The position numbers were made by a program, and so were the translations under genes. Positions 9,082 to 19,158 of a stretch of 64,000 nucleotides of DNA are shown here, piece after piece; the first letter of the stretch is position 1, and each line of letters begins with the position of its first letter. Under the pieces are notes generated by a model. It worked only from the letters and a program-made list of their open reading frames with translations. It was not told the origin of the DNA and searched no databases. Origin of the DNA: Betaproteobacteria bacterium RIFCSPLOWO2_12_FULL_68_20 (GTDB lineage Bacteria > Pseudomonadota > Gammaproteobacteria > Burkholderiales > SG8-39); contig MERQ01000025.1 in assembly GCA_001770655.1 (NCBI GenBank), forward strand, positions 5,753 through 69,752. Reading direction: 5' to 3'.

Positions 9082-9561
9082 ATGAGACTGACGACCAAGG
9101 GCAGATTCGCGGTGACGGCGATGATGGATCTCGCCATGCGCCAGTCGCGCGGGCCGGTGACGCTCGCTGCGATCAGCGAGCGCCAGCACATATCGCTCTC
9201 CTACCTGGAGCAGTTGTTCGGCAAGCTGCGGCGCCACCAGCTGGTGTCGAGCGTGCGCGGGCCAGGAGGCGGGTACAACCTCGCGCGGGCGGCGGGAAGC
9301 GTCTCGGTGGCAGATATCATCACCGCGGTCGACGAGCCGCTCGATGCCACGCAATGCGGCGGCAAGGAGAATTGCGGCGACGATGACCGGCGCTGCATGA
9401 CCCACGATCTCTGGGAGCGGCTGAACGAGAAAATGTACGAGTACCTCTCATCGGTGTCGCTCGCCGACCTGGTCGCGCACCACAGCGGCAAGCACGTCGC
9501 CGTGCTGCATGACTGGCGCGCGGCGGAAAAGCCGAAGGGCGAGACCGCGCTGGCAGCCTGA
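9082..9561 (+). CDS. iscR: Fe-S cluster assembly transcriptional regulator IscR
   Basis: [18 protein letters not shown]..., Rrf2 HTH, Cys ligands in the [20 protein letters not shown] region. First gene of the isc operon. Confidence 0.95.
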   Translation: MRLTTKGRFAVTAMMDLAMRQSRGPVTLAAISERQHISLSYLEQLFGKLRRHQLVSSVRGPGGGYNLARAAGSVSVADIITAVDEPLDATQCGGKENCGDDDRRCMTHDLWERLNEKMYEYLSSVSLADLVAHHSGKHVAVLHDWRAAEKPKGETALAA

Positions 9562-9574
9562 CGCGGGTGGGACG

Positions 9575-10789
9575 ATGACCCTTCAGCTGCCGATCTACCT
9601 GGATTATTCGGCGACGACGCCGGTCGACCCGCGCGTCGCGCAGAAGATGATCCCGTACCTCACCGAGTTCTTCGGCAACCCGGCGAGCCGCTCGCACGTG
9701 TTCGGCTGGAAGGCCGAGGAGGCGGTCGAGGAGGCGCGCGCGCACGTCGCGGCGCTGGTCGGCGCCGACGCGAAGGAGATCGTGTGGACCTCGGGCGCGA
9801 CCGAGGGCAACAACCTCGCGCTGAAGGGCGCGGCGCACTTCTACAAGACCAAGGGCAAGCACATCGTCACGCAGAAGACCGAGCACAAGGCGGTGCTCGA
9901 CACCTGCCGCGAGCTCGAGCGCCAGGGGTTCGAAGTCACGTACCTCGAAGTGGAGACGAACGGCCTGGTGAGCCTGGAGAATTTCAAGACGGCGCTGCGG
10001 CCCGACACCATCCTCGCCTCGATCATGATGGTGAACAACGAGATCGGCGTCATCCAGCCGGTGTGGGAGATTGCCGAGATCTGCCGGGCGAAGGGGATCA
10101 TCTATCACTGCGACGCGGTGCAGGGCGCCGGCCGGGTCGAGATCGACCTGCAGAAATTCAAGGCCGACCTGCTCACCGTCACCGCGCACAAGCTGTACGG
10201 GCCGAAAGGCATCGGCGCTCTGTACGTGCGCAGGAAGCCGCGCGTGCGGATCGAGCCGCAGATCCACGGCGGCGGGCACGAGCGGGGCTTTCGCTCCGGC
10301 ACGCTCGCCACGCACCAGATCGTCGGCTTCGGCGAGGCGGCGCGGCTGGCGAAGCTCGAGATGGCGACCGACAACGAGCGGGTGCGCGCGCTGCGCGACC
10401 GGCTGTGGAACCGCTTGCAGGACGTCGAGGAGATCTACCTCAATGGCGACCGGGAGCGCCGCATCCCGCACAACCTCAACGTCAGCTTCAACTTCGTCGA
10501 GGGCGAGTCGCTGATCATGGCGGTGAAGGACATCGCGGTGTCCTCTGGCTCGGCGTGCACCTCGGCCTCGCTCGAGCCCTCGTACGTGCTGCGCGCGCTC
10601 GGGCGCAACGACGAGCTGGCGCACAGCTCGATCCGCATCACGCTCGGGCGCTTCACCACCGAGGAGGAGATCGACTACGCGGCGGCGCTGATCAAGAAGA
10701 AGGTGGCGAAGCTGCGCGAGCTCTCGCCGCTGTGGGAGATGTACAAGGAAGGGGTAGACTTGGCCACGGTTCAGTGGGCCGCACATTGA
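9575..10789 (+). CDS. iscS: Cysteine desulfurase IscS
   Basis: ATG at 9575 gives [24 protein letters not shown]-Lys context [14 protein letters not shown], active site SSGSACTS. Confidence 0.95.
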   Translation: MTLQLPIYLDYSATTPVDPRVAQKMIPYLTEFFGNPASRSHVFGWKAEEAVEEARAHVAALVGADAKEIVWTSGATEGNNLALKGAAHFYKTKGKHIVTQKTEHKAVLDTCRELERQGFEVTYLEVETNGLVSLENFKTALRPDTILASIMMVNNEIGVIQPVWEIAEICRAKGIIYHCDAVQGAGRVEIDLQKFKADLLTVTAHKLYGPKGIGALYVRRKPRVRIEPQIHGGGHERGFRSGTLATHQIVGFGEAARLAKLEMATDNERVRALRDRLWNRLQDVEEIYLNGDRERRIPHNLNVSFNFVEGESLIMAVKDIAVSSGSACTSASLEPSYVLRALGRNDELAHSSIRITLGRFTTEEEIDYAAALIKKKVAKLRELSPLWEMYKEGVDLATVQWAAH

Positions 10790-10799
10790 GGTAAGCGAT

Positions 10800-11213
10800 A
10801 TGGCGTACAGCGACAAGGTCATCGAACATTACGAAAATCCGCGCAACGTCGGCTCGTTCGAGAAGTCCGACGAGTCGGTGGGCACCGGCATGGTCGGCGC
10901 GCCGGCCTGCGGCGACGTGATGAAGCTGCAGATCAAGGTCGGAAGCGACGGCCGCATCGAGGACGCGCGCTTCAAGACCTACGGCTGCGGCTCGGCGATC
11001 GCCTCGAGCTCGCTCGTCACCGAGTGGGTGAAGGGCAAGACGCTCGAGCAGGCCGCGACCATCCGCAACACCCAGATCGCCGAGGAGCTGTCGCTGCCGC
11101 CGGTGAAGATCCACTGCTCGATCCTCGCCGAGGATGCGATCAAGGCGGCGGTTGCCGACTACCGTAGGAAGCACGGTCTCGACGAGAAGGAAGACGAGGC
11201 CAAGGCGGCCTGA
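10800..11213 (+). CDS. iscU: Fe-S cluster scaffold IscU
   Basis: [50 protein letters not shown]. Confidence 0.95.
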   Translation: MAYSDKVIEHYENPRNVGSFEKSDESVGTGMVGAPACGDVMKLQIKVGSDGRIEDARFKTYGCGSAIASSSLVTEWVKGKTLEQAATIRNTQIAEELSLPPVKIHCSILAEDAIKAAVADYRRKHGLDEKEDEAKAA

Positions 11214-11214
11214 G

Positions 11215-11538
11215 ATGGCGATCACGCTCACCGAGAAGGCGGCGAGCCACTTGCAGTCGTTCCTCGCCAGGCGCGGCAAGGACGCCGCGCTGCGCGTCGG
11301 GGTGCGCACCTCGGGCTGCTCGGGGCTCGCCTACAAGCTCGAGTTCGCCGATGCGGTCGGCCCGGAAGACCACCAGTTCGAGAGCCACGGGGTCAGGCTG
11401 GTGGTGGACCCGAAGAGCCTGCCGTACGTCGACGGGACGGAACTCGACTATGCGCGCGAAGGTCTCAACGAGGGATTCAAGTTCCGCAACCCGAACGTCA
11501 AGGACGAATGCGGGTGCGGAGAGTCGTTCAACGTATGA
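11215..11538 (+). CDS. iscA: Iron-sulfur cluster insertion protein IscA
   Basis: ATG at 11215, 1 nt after the iscU stop. [13 protein letters not shown]..., [13 protein letters not shown]-terminal ECGCGESF. Confidence 0.9.
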   Translation: MAITLTEKAASHLQSFLARRGKDAALRVGVRTSGCSGLAYKLEFADAVGPEDHQFESHGVRLVVDPKSLPYVDGTELDYAREGLNEGFKFRNPNVKDECGCGESFNV

Positions 11539-11543
11539 CAGGA

Positions 11544-11567
11544 GGGCGGCCGCGCTAGCGGCCGCCC
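11544..11567 (+). promoter_or_regulatory. Intercistronic GC stem-loop between iscA and hscB
   Basis: GGGCGGCCGC-GCTA-GCGGCCGCCC, a perfect 10-bp stem with no T tract. A second hairpin CACACG-GGATA-CGTGTG lies at about 11591-11607. Confidence 0.4.
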
Positions 11568-11646
11568 GGGCGGTTGCACGACGCTCGCGCGACCTGCCGA
11601 CACACGGGATACGTGTGCGGAGGCGCGTGACGCGTCGCTGCAGGGA

Positions 11647-12162
11647 ATGACCAACCACTTCGAACTGTTCGGCCTCGCGCCGGCCTTCGCGCTCGAGGCC
11701 GAGGGGCTGGAGCGCGCCTACCGCGAGATCCAGTCGCGGGTGCATCCCGACCGCTTCGCCCGCGCGGGCGATGCCGAGCGCAGGGCCTCGCTGCAGTGGA
11801 CGACGCGCGTCAACGAGGCCTACCGGACGCTCAGGAACCCGGTGCAGCGCGCGAAGCACATACTCGAGCTCCACGGCGTGGACGTCGCGTTCGAGACCAA
11901 TACCGCGATGCCGGCCGAGTTCCTGATGCAGCAGATGGAGCTGCGCGAGCGGCTGGAGGAGGCGAGCGGGCGCAGGGACCCGAAAGGGCTAGAATCGCTG
12001 CGCGCCGGGCTGCGCGCCGAGAAGCGCGTCCTCGAGGAATCGATCGCGGATCGCATCGATGCGGCAAAGGACTACGCCGGCGCGGCCGGGTTGGTGAGAA
12101 AGCTCATGTTCCTCGACAAGCTCGACGCCGAGATCGATCTCGCGTACGAGACCATCGAATAA
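11647..12162 (+). CDS. hscB: Co-chaperone HscB
   Basis: 171 aa. J-domain HPD (RVHPDRFA). Position between iscA and hscA. Confidence 0.9.
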   Translation: MTNHFELFGLAPAFALEAEGLERAYREIQSRVHPDRFARAGDAERRASLQWTTRVNEAYRTLRNPVQRAKHILELHGVDVAFETNTAMPAEFLMQQMELRERLEEASGRRDPKGLESLRAGLRAEKRVLEESIADRIDAAKDYAGAAGLVRKLMFLDKLDAEIDLAYETIE

Positions 12163-12174
12163 GGCGCTCCGGTC

Positions 12175-14037
12175 GTGGCGCTGCTGCAGATCTCCGAGCC
12201 TGGAATGTCGCAGGAGCCGCGCGAGCGGCGCCTCGCGGTCGGAATCGACCTCGGCACGACCAATTCGCTGATCGCCACCGTGCGCTCGGGCGTCGCCACC
12301 GTGCTGCCCGACGCGCAGGGCCGGCCGCTGCTGCCCTCGATAGTGCGCTACCTTCCCGACGGGCGCGCGGAGGTTGGATACGCCGCGCAGGCGCGGCAGG
12401 CCGACGATCCGAGAAACACCATCGTTTCGGTGAAGCGCTACATGGGCCGCGGCGTGAAGGATGTCGCCCATATCGAGAACACCCCGTACGATTTCGTCGA
12501 TGCGCCGGGAATGCTGCAGCTGCGCACCTGCGCGGGCGTCAGGAGCCCGGTCGAGGTCTCGGTGGAGATCCTCAAGGTGCTGCGCCGGCGCGGCGAGCTT
12601 GCGCTCGGCGGCGAGCTCAGCGGCGCCGTGATCACGGTTCCGGCGTACTTCGACGACGCGCAGCGCCAGGCGACCAAGGACGCGGGGCGGCTCGCCGGCC
12701 TGAACGTGCTGCGCCTGCTCAACGAGCCCACGGCCGCCGCGATCGCCTACGGCCTGGACAATGCGGCCGAGGGCGTGTACGCCGTATACGACCTCGGCGG
12801 CGGCACCTTCGACCTGTCGATCCTCAAGCTCTCGCAGGGCGTGTTCGAGGTGGTGGCCACCAGCGGCGACTCGATGCTGGGCGGCGACGACTTCGACCAG
12901 CGGGTGTTCTGCTGGATCGTCGAGAAGGCGAAGCTCGCGCCGCTCGCGCCGAAGGACATGCGGCTGCTGCTCGTCAAATCGCGCGAGGCGAGGGAGTACC
13001 TCACCTATCACGAGGAGGCGCCGATCACCGCGAAGCTTTCCTCCGGAGAGCTGGTCGACGTGACGCTCGACACCGAGACCTTCTGCGGCATCATCCAGAC
13101 GCTGGTGCAGAAAACCCTCGGGCCGGTGCGCAAGGCGCTGCGCGACGCCGGCCTGGGCGTCGAGGGTGTCAAGGGCGTGGTCATGGTGGGCGGCGCGACC
13201 CGCATGCCGCAGATCCAGCGCTCTGTGGCCGAGTTCTTCAGGTGCGACCCGCTCAACAACCTCGACCCGGACAAGGTCGTGGCGCTCGGCGCGGCGATGC
13301 AGGCGAACGTGCTCGCCGGCAACCGGCCGCAAGGCGACGAGTGGCTGCTGCTCGACGTGATCCCGCTTTCGCTCGGCGTCGAGACCATGGGCGGGCTCGC
13401 GGAGAGGATCCTGCCGCGCAACACCACGATACCCGCCGCGCGCGCGCAGGAGTTCACCACGTTCAAGGACGGCCAGACCGCGATGAGCTTCCACGTCGTG
13501 CAGGGCGAGCGCGAGCTGGTGGCCGACTGCCGCTCGCTCGCGCGCTTCGAGCTGAAAGGCATCCCGCCCATGGCGGCGGGCGCCGCGCGCGTACGAGTGA
13601 CCTTCCAGGTCGACGCCGACGGGCTGCTTTCGGTGAGCGCGAAAGAGAGCACCACGGGCGCCGAGGCCGCGGTGACGGTCAAGCCATCGTACGGTCTGGC
13701 CGACGCGGAAGTAGAGCGCATGTTGCGGGATGCTTTCGAGCACGCGCGCGAGGACATGCACGCCCGCGCGCTCGCCGAGCACCGCCTGGAGGCGGAGCGC
13801 CTCATCGAGGCCACGCGCGCCGCGCTCGCCGCGGACGGCGCGCTGCTCGCGCCGGAAGAGCGCGCATCGATCGAGGGCGGCGTGACCGCTCTCGAAAAGC
13901 TTCGCTCCGGGACGGATCACCGCGCGATCAGGGCGGCGACCGAGGCGCTCAACCGGGCGACCGAGCCGTTCGCCGGGCGGCGCATGGACGCGAGCATCCG
14001 GCGGGCGCTCGCGGGCAGGAAAATCGGCAGCCTCTAG
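12175..14037 (+). CDS. hscA: Fe-S protein assembly chaperone HscA
   Basis: 620 aa, GTG start. Hsp70 signatures [37 protein letters not shown]. Confidence 0.95.
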   Translation: MALLQISEPGMSQEPRERRLAVGIDLGTTNSLIATVRSGVATVLPDAQGRPLLPSIVRYLPDGRAEVGYAAQARQADDPRNTIVSVKRYMGRGVKDVAHIENTPYDFVDAPGMLQLRTCAGVRSPVEVSVEILKVLRRRGELALGGELSGAVITVPAYFDDAQRQATKDAGRLAGLNVLRLLNEPTAAAIAYGLDNAAEGVYAVYDLGGGTFDLSILKLSQGVFEVVATSGDSMLGGDDFDQRVFCWIVEKAKLAPLAPKDMRLLLVKSREAREYLTYHEEAPITAKLSSGELVDVTLDTETFCGIIQTLVQKTLGPVRKALRDAGLGVEGVKGVVMVGGATRMPQIQRSVAEFFRCDPLNNLDPDKVVALGAAMQANVLAGNRPQGDEWLLLDVIPLSLGVETMGGLAERILPRNTTIPAARAQEFTTFKDGQTAMSFHVVQGERELVADCRSLARFELKGIPPMAAGAARVRVTFQVDADGLLSVSAKESTTGAEAAVTVKPSYGLADAEVERMLRDAFEHAREDMHARALAEHRLEAERLIEATRAALAADGALLAPEERASIEGGVTALEKLRSGTDHRAIRAATEALNRATEPFAGRRMDASIRRALAGRKIGSL

Positions 14038-14385
14038 ATGCCGAAGCTGAAGGTCCTGCCGCATGCGGCGCTGTGCCCGCAGGGCGCGGACATCGACGCG
14101 AAAACCGGCGTGTCGATCTGCGACACGCTGCTCGAAAACCACATCGAGATCGAGCACGCCTGCGAGAAGTCCTGCGCCTGCACCACCTGCCACGTGATCC
14201 TGCGCAAGGGATACGATTCGCTCGAGCCCGCGGAGGAGAAGGAGGAGGACCTGCTCGACAAGGCCTGGGGGCTGGAGGCGACCTCGCGGCTGTCCTGCCA
14301 GGCGAAGGTGGGCGAGCAGGACCTCGCGATCGAGATTCCCAGGTACACCATCAACTACGAGCGCGAAGGCGGGGGCAAGAAATGA
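14038..14385 (+). CDS. fdx: ISC-type [2Fe-2S] ferredoxin
   Basis: 115 aa. [12 protein letters not shown] ... LSCQ cysteine pattern. ATG directly follows the hscA stop. Confidence 0.9.
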   Translation: MPKLKVLPHAALCPQGADIDAKTGVSICDTLLENHIEIEHACEKSCACTTCHVILRKGYDSLEPAEEKEEDLLDKAWGLEATSRLSCQAKVGEQDLAIEIPRYTINYEREGGGKK

Positions 14386-14576
14386 AGTGGACCGACACGC
14401 AGGAGATCGCGATCGCCCTGGCGGAGAAATATCCCGACAAGGACCCCAAGTCGGTGAATTTCGTCGACCTTTACAACTGGATCGTGGCCCTTCCCGGCTT
14501 CGGCGACGATCCCAAGCGCTGCGGGGAGAAGATCCTGGAGGCGGTCCAGGCGGCCTGGATCGAAGAGGCGGAGTAA
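14382..14576 (+). CDS. iscX: Fe-S assembly protein IscX
   Basis: 64 aa [22 protein letters not shown]...; ATGA overlap with the fdx stop. Hidden in the tail of the spurious 926-aa track ORF. Confidence 0.85.
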   Translation: MKWTDTQEIAIALAEKYPDKDPKSVNFVDLYNWIVALPGFGDDPKRCGEKILEAVQAAWIEEAE

Positions 14577-14619
14577 ACCCCGGGCCATCCGCGCGCGTTA
14601 GACTTGCGTAACCCAGTCC

Positions 14620-15195
14620 ATGCTGCGCATCGTTCTCGTCCTGCTTGTATCCGCCGTCGGCGCCGACGCGCAAGCCCAGATCTACCGCTGGGTGGACGCC
14701 AACGGCACCGTCCACTATTCCAATGCGACGCCGCCGCCGGGCGTGAAGGCGACGACGGTCGACATCGATGCCAGGCCCGGACCTGCGTCGGTCGAAAGCA
14801 GCGAGTGCTACACGGTGCGCTGCCAGGGCGAGCGCCTCGAGCGGCGCCAGGCGCAGCGCGATGAGCTGGAGGCGCGTCTCGCCGCCGAGCGCGCCGCGGC
14901 GGCGCCGAAGCGGCCGAAGGGGCTCGATTTCCGCAACTACGTCTCGATCCAGCGCGGCATGACCGAGGGCGAGCTGCTCGTCATCGCCGGCGAGCCGGAT
15001 CTTCTGAGCGACCAGGGTGCCGCGATCGCGGCGCCTTCGGCGGTGCAGGCAGGGCGCAACCTGCGCGTGCCCGCGCGCACCGTCATGTCCCTGAAGACCT
15101 ACACCTACCTGCCCACGGTGGCCGACCCGTTCACCACCACGATCACGCTGGTCGGCGGGCGCGTGAGCGAGATCGAGCGCGTCAGGAAGTTCTGA
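14620..15195 (+). CDS. DUF4124-like secreted protein
   Basis: Signal peptide MLRIVLVLLVSAVGADAQA, then IYRWVDANGTVHYSN, the DUF4124 hallmark. Confidence 0.65.
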   Translation: MLRIVLVLLVSAVGADAQAQIYRWVDANGTVHYSNATPPPGVKATTVDIDARPGPASVESSECYTVRCQGERLERRQAQRDELEARLAAERAAAAPKRPKGLDFRNYVSIQRGMTEGELLVIAGEPDLLSDQGAAIAAPSAVQAGRNLRVPARTVMSLKTYTYLPTVADPFTTTITLVGGRVSEIERVRKF

Positions 15196-15798
15196 TCACT
15201 TCCTGAGCTTTCCCCACAGCTCGTCGAGGCGCGCGTAGCGGCCGCAGCCGGTGACGTAGAACTTGTACTGCAGCGGGTTCTTCTTGTAGTAGTCCTGGTG
15301 GTATTCCTCCGCCGGGTAGAACTCGCGCGCCGGCTCGATCGGCGTGAGGATCGGCTGCTTGAACGGCTTTGCCTTCTCCCACTTCGCTTTGGAGGCCTCG
15401 GCGAGGCGCTTCTGCTCCTCGGTGTGGTGGAAGATCGCCGGCCGGTACTGCGAGCCGGCATCGCAGAACTGGCGGTTGGTCACCGTCGGATCGTGGTTCA
15501 CCCAGAACTGCTCGAGCAGCCGCTCGTAGCTCACCTTCGCCGGATCGTAGACGACTTGCAGCACTTCGGTGTGGCCGGTGCGACCGCTTGAGACCTGCTC
15601 GTAGCTCGGGTTCTTGACACTGCCGCCCATGTAGCCGGAGGTGGTTGAGACCACCCCCGGAACCTTGTCGAACGCTTCCTCGGTGCACCAGAAGCAGCCG
15701 GCGGCGAAAGTGGCCTTGGCGAGGTTCCCGGATTGGGTCTGCGCGAAAGCGGGCAGAGCCGCGAGCGCAGCAACAGCGACAAGCACAAATCTGAGCAT
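15196..15798 (-). CDS. msrA: Peptide methionine (S)-sulfoxide reductase MsrA, with signal peptide
   Basis: ATG at 15798 after GGGAGGAACGACC. AGCFWCTEEAF active site, GHTEVLQVVYDP, YHQDYY. Confidence 0.9.
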   Translation of the reverse strand: MLRFVLVAVAALAALPAFAQTQSGNLAKATFAAGCFWCTEEAFDKVPGVVSTTSGYMGGSVKNPSYEQVSSGRTGHTEVLQVVYDPAKVSYERLLEQFWVNHDPTVTNRQFCDAGSQYRPAIFHHTEEQKRLAEASKAKWEKAKPFKQPILTPIEPAREFYPAEEYHQDYYKKNPLQYKFYVTGCGRYARLDELWGKLRK

Positions 15799-15929
15799 GG
15801 TCGTTCCTCCCGTGGCAATGAGGATTAGTCGTCTCGCTAGCATGATAATCTGGTCTGTGCGGCGGCGGTCGAAGAGGCGTACTTGGTCATCAAGACCGTG
15901 ATGGTCGATTGGACGCTGCGGGAGCAATC

Positions 15930-16130
15930 ATGAGAATCGGATACAACGAGGCCGAGGACGTTCTGTACATCAGGTTCTCGGATGAACCGGTGACCCGGGA
16001 TGAGTCGCTCAACTGGAACGTGCACGTCGGCTTTTCGGCAAGCGGCATCCGCGAGATCACCGTTCTGGATGCCAAGAAGCGCGGCTACCTTCCGCTCACG
16101 ATCGACGAAGGCCTGAAGAGCGCCGCCTGA
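15930..16130 (+). CDS. DUF2283-family small protein (antitoxin-like)
   Basis: MRIGYNEAEDVLYIRFSDEPV...GIREITVLDAKKRG matches the DUF2283 pattern (Y.EEAD.LYIR...GIEIL.AS). Confidence 0.65.
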   Translation: MRIGYNEAEDVLYIRFSDEPVTRDESLNWNVHVGFSASGIREITVLDAKKRGYLPLTIDEGLKSAA

Positions 16131-16131
16131 A

Positions 16132-16677
16132 TCAGGACTTCGTTCGCGACAGCTCGCCGAGCACCGCGTCGATGACCGGCTGGTCGCGCAAGCACAGCCG
16201 GATACTCCCGATCGGCGAAGCCCTGACAGCCCTGAGATACGCGCGGGCGCAGACCTCGGGCGGGACCGCGAAAATCCCCGCCGACACCGCGGGAAACGAG
16301 ACCGAGCTCCAGCCCCGTTCCTTCGCGCAGGCGAACGCGTTCGCCAGTGCGCGGGTCAGCTTCTCCTCCTCGTCCCCTTCGCCCTGGCGCGGCCCGACTG
16401 CATGGATCACGCCTTTGAAAGGAAGCCTTCCCGCGGTGGTGACGATGGCCGACCCCGTGGCATAGGGGCCGTGCTTCCTGACCAGCTGGTCGGATTCGCG
16501 CTGCAGCTCCGGCCCCGCGGCGCGCGAGATGATTGCCGCCACGCCGCCCCCGTGCGCGAGGTGGCCGTTGGCGGCGTTGACGATCGCATCCACCGGCTCC
16601 TCGAGCAGGTTGCCCTGCACCACCTCGAAGCGACGTCCGCCGGGCAGGCCCAGGCCGGCAAGGACCTTCGCGCTCAC
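16132..16677 (-). CDS. Macro domain protein (ADP-ribose/O-acetyl-ADP-ribose binding or hydrolase)
   Basis: GTG at 16677 overlaps the ppiC-type gene stop (GTGA). VVQGNLLEEPVDAIVNAANGHLAHGGGVAAII, VIHAVGP, SVSFPAVSAGIFAVP. Confidence 0.75.
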   Translation of the reverse strand: MSAKVLAGLGLPGGRRFEVVQGNLLEEPVDAIVNAANGHLAHGGGVAAIISRAAGPELQRESDQLVRKHGPYATGSAIVTTAGRLPFKGVIHAVGPRQGEGDEEEKLTRALANAFACAKERGWSSVSFPAVSAGIFAVPPEVCARAYLRAVRASPIGSIRLCLRDQPVIDAVLGELSRTKS

Positions 16678-17489
16678 TCCACCTTGGCTTTCGCGCGCAG
16701 CCCGCGTACCAGGGCGTCGATCTTGGTCTGGATCAGCTGCTGCTGGATGCGGGGCTTCACCTCGGCGAGCGTCGGAAACTTGACCGCACGGACGTCGTCC
16801 AGCTGGATGACGTGAAAGCCGAAGCGCGTGCGCACCGGGGCCTCGGTGTACTTGCCCTTGTCCAGCTTGACCATCGCGTCCGAGAACTGCTTGTCGAACA
16901 CGCCTGGCACGTTCCAGTCGAGGTCGCCGCCGCGCTCCTTGCTGCCCGCGTCCTTCGAGCTCTTGCCCGCCAGCTCGTCGAACTTTCCGCCCTTCTTCAG
17001 CTCGGCGATCAGACCTTTCGCCTCGTCCTCGGTCTCCACGAGGATGTGGCGTGCCTTGTATTCCTTGTCGCCGGTCTGCGCCCTGGCGCGCTCGTACTCC
17101 TTCTGCACCTCGGCGTCGCTCACCGGGTTCTTTCCCACCCAATCGCGAATGTAGGACTGCACGATCACGGTCTGGCGCACCAGCTCGAGCTCGGCCTGCA
17201 GCTGGGCGTTCTTGGTAAAGCCACTGCGCGCCGCCTCCTGCGAGATCACTTCGCGGTTGATCAGGTCGTTGCGGATCGCGGCGCGCAGTTGCTCGGTGTC
17301 CCTGCCGCCCTGCGCCAGCCGCTCGCGCATCAGGATCTCCTCGCGCGCGCGCGGCACCGCGGCGCCGTTCACCGTCGCCACCGGACCGCTCTTTGCCGCC
17401 GGCTTGGGCGCCTCCTTTGTCGGCAGCTGCGCCAAAGCGAGCGCGGATGCCGCGAGGCCTGCCGCCAGGGCGAGAATTCGTATCTTCAT
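16674..17489 (-). CDS. Periplasmic parvulin-type peptidyl-prolyl isomerase (PpiC/Cbf2-like)
   Basis: Signal peptide MKIRILALAAGLAASALALA. Parvulin core YKARHILV...GGDLDW...FGFHVIQL. Confidence 0.8.
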   Translation of the reverse strand: MKIRILALAAGLAASALALAQLPTKEAPKPAAKSGPVATVNGAAVPRAREEILMRERLAQGGRDTEQLRAAIRNDLINREVISQEAARSGFTKNAQLQAELELVRQTVIVQSYIRDWVGKNPVSDAEVQKEYERARAQTGDKEYKARHILVETEDEAKGLIAELKKGGKFDELAGKSSKDAGSKERGGDLDWNVPGVFDKQFSDAMVKLDKGKYTEAPVRTRFGFHVIQLDDVRAVKFPTLAEVKPRIQQQLIQTKIDALVRGLRAKAKVE

Positions 17490-17510
17490 CTCCGTTCCTT
17501 TCGTCGAATA

Positions 17511-17777
17511 TTACGGTTCGTCCGGGCTCCGCGCGGTGATGGCGAGCGCGTGGATCGGATCCTGCATCAGCTCGCCGAGCGCCTCGTACACCATGCGGTG
17601 GCGCGCGACGGTGGGCTTCCCGGCGAAGCGCGGCGACACGATGCGCAGCCGCCAGTGTGTGCCGCCCCCCGGGCGCGAGCCCGAGTGGCCTTCGTGCTGC
17701 GCGCTCTCGTCGATCAGCTCGAGCGCGACCGGCTCGAGCGCCGCGAGCCGCTCGCGGATGCGCGCGGCGACGTTCAC
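17511..17777 (-). CDS. bolA: BolA family protein
   Basis: GTG at 17777 after GAGGAAAAACC, overlapping the yciB stop. [13 protein letters not shown]...[21 protein letters not shown]. Confidence 0.8.
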   Translation of the reverse strand: MNVAARIRERLAALEPVALELIDESAQHEGHSGSRPGGGTHWRLRIVSPRFAGKPTVARHRMVYEALGELMQDPIHALAITARSPDEP

Positions 17778-18304
17778 GGTTTTTCCTCGACGTACTTGGC
17801 GAGGAACATGGCCTGCAGGACGACGAACAGCAGCATCAGCCCGACGCCGCCGAACAGCTTGAAGTTGACCCACAGATCGGTCGAGAAGTTGTAGGCGACG
17901 TACAGGTTCGCCGCGCCCATGAGAACGAAGAACGCGACCCAGCTCCAGTTGAGCCGGGACCAGACGGGATCGGGCAGCTGGACCTGCTCGGACAGGACCG
18001 AGCGGATCAGGTTTCTGCCGAAAAGCGCCGCGCCGGCGAGCGCCGCCCCGAACAGCCAGTAGAGAACCGTCGGCTTCCACTTGATGAAGGTCTCGTCCCG
18101 GAGCGCGAGCGTCGCGCCGCCGAAGACCACGATGATCGCGAGGCTGGCCCACAGCATCGGCTCGATCTTCCTTCCGCGCAGCTTCAGCCAGCCGAGCTGC
18201 GCGAACGTCGCCGCGATCGCCACCGCGGTGGCGACGTAGATCCCGGCGAGCTTGAAGGCGACGAAAAACAGCAGGACCGGGAAGATGTCGAACAGGAACT
18301 TCAT
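17774..18304 (-). CDS. yciB: Intracellular septation protein A (YciB/IspZ)
   Basis: 176 aa [18 protein letters not shown]... with five hydrophobic segments. Tail of track ORF 17774..19156. Confidence 0.85.
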   Translation of the reverse strand: MKFLFDIFPVLLFFVAFKLAGIYVATAVAIAATFAQLGWLKLRGRKIEPMLWASLAIIVVFGGATLALRDETFIKWKPTVLYWLFGAALAGAALFGRNLIRSVLSEQVQLPDPVWSRLNWSWVAFFVLMGAANLYVAYNFSTDLWVNFKLFGGVGLMLLFVVLQAMFLAKYVEEKP

Positions 18305-18418
18305 CGAGGCGCGAAGTTTACCAGCGCCATGCGCATCGCCGACGGGCTGCGCGTCGAGGCCGGCCGGCATTTCAAGCCGCGGGCATGCGGGCGTATGATG
18401 CGCAGGAGGGGAGGGCAG

Positions 18419-19069
18419 ATGAACCGCTTCGGCGCGATCGCCGCCTGCGTGCTGCTCGCCGCAACTGTGGCGTGCGCGGCGCCCGCCTACGCGCAGCCCC
18501 AGGACGAGAAGTCGCCGCTCGAGCAGCTCATGGACGGCGTAAAGGGATTCTTCGACCGCCTGCTCGGCGGCGAATCGCCAACCGAGCCGCAGGCGCCTGC
18601 GGCTCCCGAGCCCGCCGCCGCGCCGGTCGAGGAGCGCCCGGCCGTGCCGCCGCCCCAGCCGGTCGCCGCCACGCCCGCAGCACGGCCCGCCCGGCAGGGC
18701 CTGCACGAGGCGATCGCGCGCGGCGACTACGGCACCGGGCTCAAGCTGATCGAGGACGGCGCCGACATCAACGAAAAAGATCCGGGCACCGGCGCATCGC
18801 CGCTGCACTACGCGGTCATGAAGGGCAAGCTGCCGATGATCGAGTTGCTGATCTCGCGCGGCGCGGACATCGCCAGCCGCACCAAGACGGGCACCACCCC
18901 GCTGCACACCGCGGCGCTCTACGCGAGGCTCGAGGCCGCCGAGCTGCTGATCGCCGCCGGCGCCGACGTCAACGCGCAGAGCGCGAGTGGCGCGACGCCG
19001 CTCAAGCTCGCCGAGGCGGCGAAGAACGTCCCGATGGCGGCGCTGCTGCGCGAGCGCGGGGCGAAGTAA
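18419..19069 (+). CDS. Secreted ankyrin-repeat protein
   Basis: ATG at 18419 after AGGAGGGGAGGG. Signal peptide ...VACAAPAYA, Pro/Ala linker, ANK repeats ([51 protein letters not shown]). Confidence 0.75.
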   Translation: MNRFGAIAACVLLAATVACAAPAYAQPQDEKSPLEQLMDGVKGFFDRLLGGESPTEPQAPAAPEPAAAPVEERPAVPPPQPVAATPAARPARQGLHEAIARGDYGTGLKLIEDGADINEKDPGTGASPLHYAVMKGKLPMIELLISRGADIASRTKTGTTPLHTAALYARLEAAELLIAAGADVNAQSASGATPLKLAEAAKNVPMAALLRERGAK

Positions 19070-19158
19070 GCCGGCTCGTTCAGCGCGCGCCAGCTGGCGC
19101 GGGCAATCTCCCACCGTGCCCGGTGCGCTAACATGGCCGGCCACGACCGGGAGCACAT

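Noticed and set aside
9320-10822. 500-aa minus ORF
   Set aside because: It is antisense to iscS.
11796-14715. Very long track ORFs 11796..14576 (+, 926 aa) and 11989..14715 (-, 908 aa)
   Set aside because: They are Arg/Ala/Gly-rich translations in alternative or antisense frames of hscB-hscA-fdx, typical open frames of high-GC DNA. Only the last 64 codons of the + ORF (iscX) are real.
16132-16677. Macro domain as the DarG antitoxin of a DarTG system
   Set aside because: There is no DarT-like gene adjacent. The gene is coupled to housekeeping yciB-bolA-ppiC.
16132-17142. 336-aa track ORF for the macro-domain gene
   Set aside because: The N-terminal 155 codons overlap the parvulin gene out of frame. 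The GTG at 16677, overlapping the parvulin stop, gives a normal 181-aa macro domain.
19086-19101. Perfect 16-bp palindrome CGCGCCAGCTGGCGCG after the ankyrin gene as a terminator
   Set aside because: There is no loop and no T tract. Short GC palindromes of this kind are common by chance in DNA of this composition.
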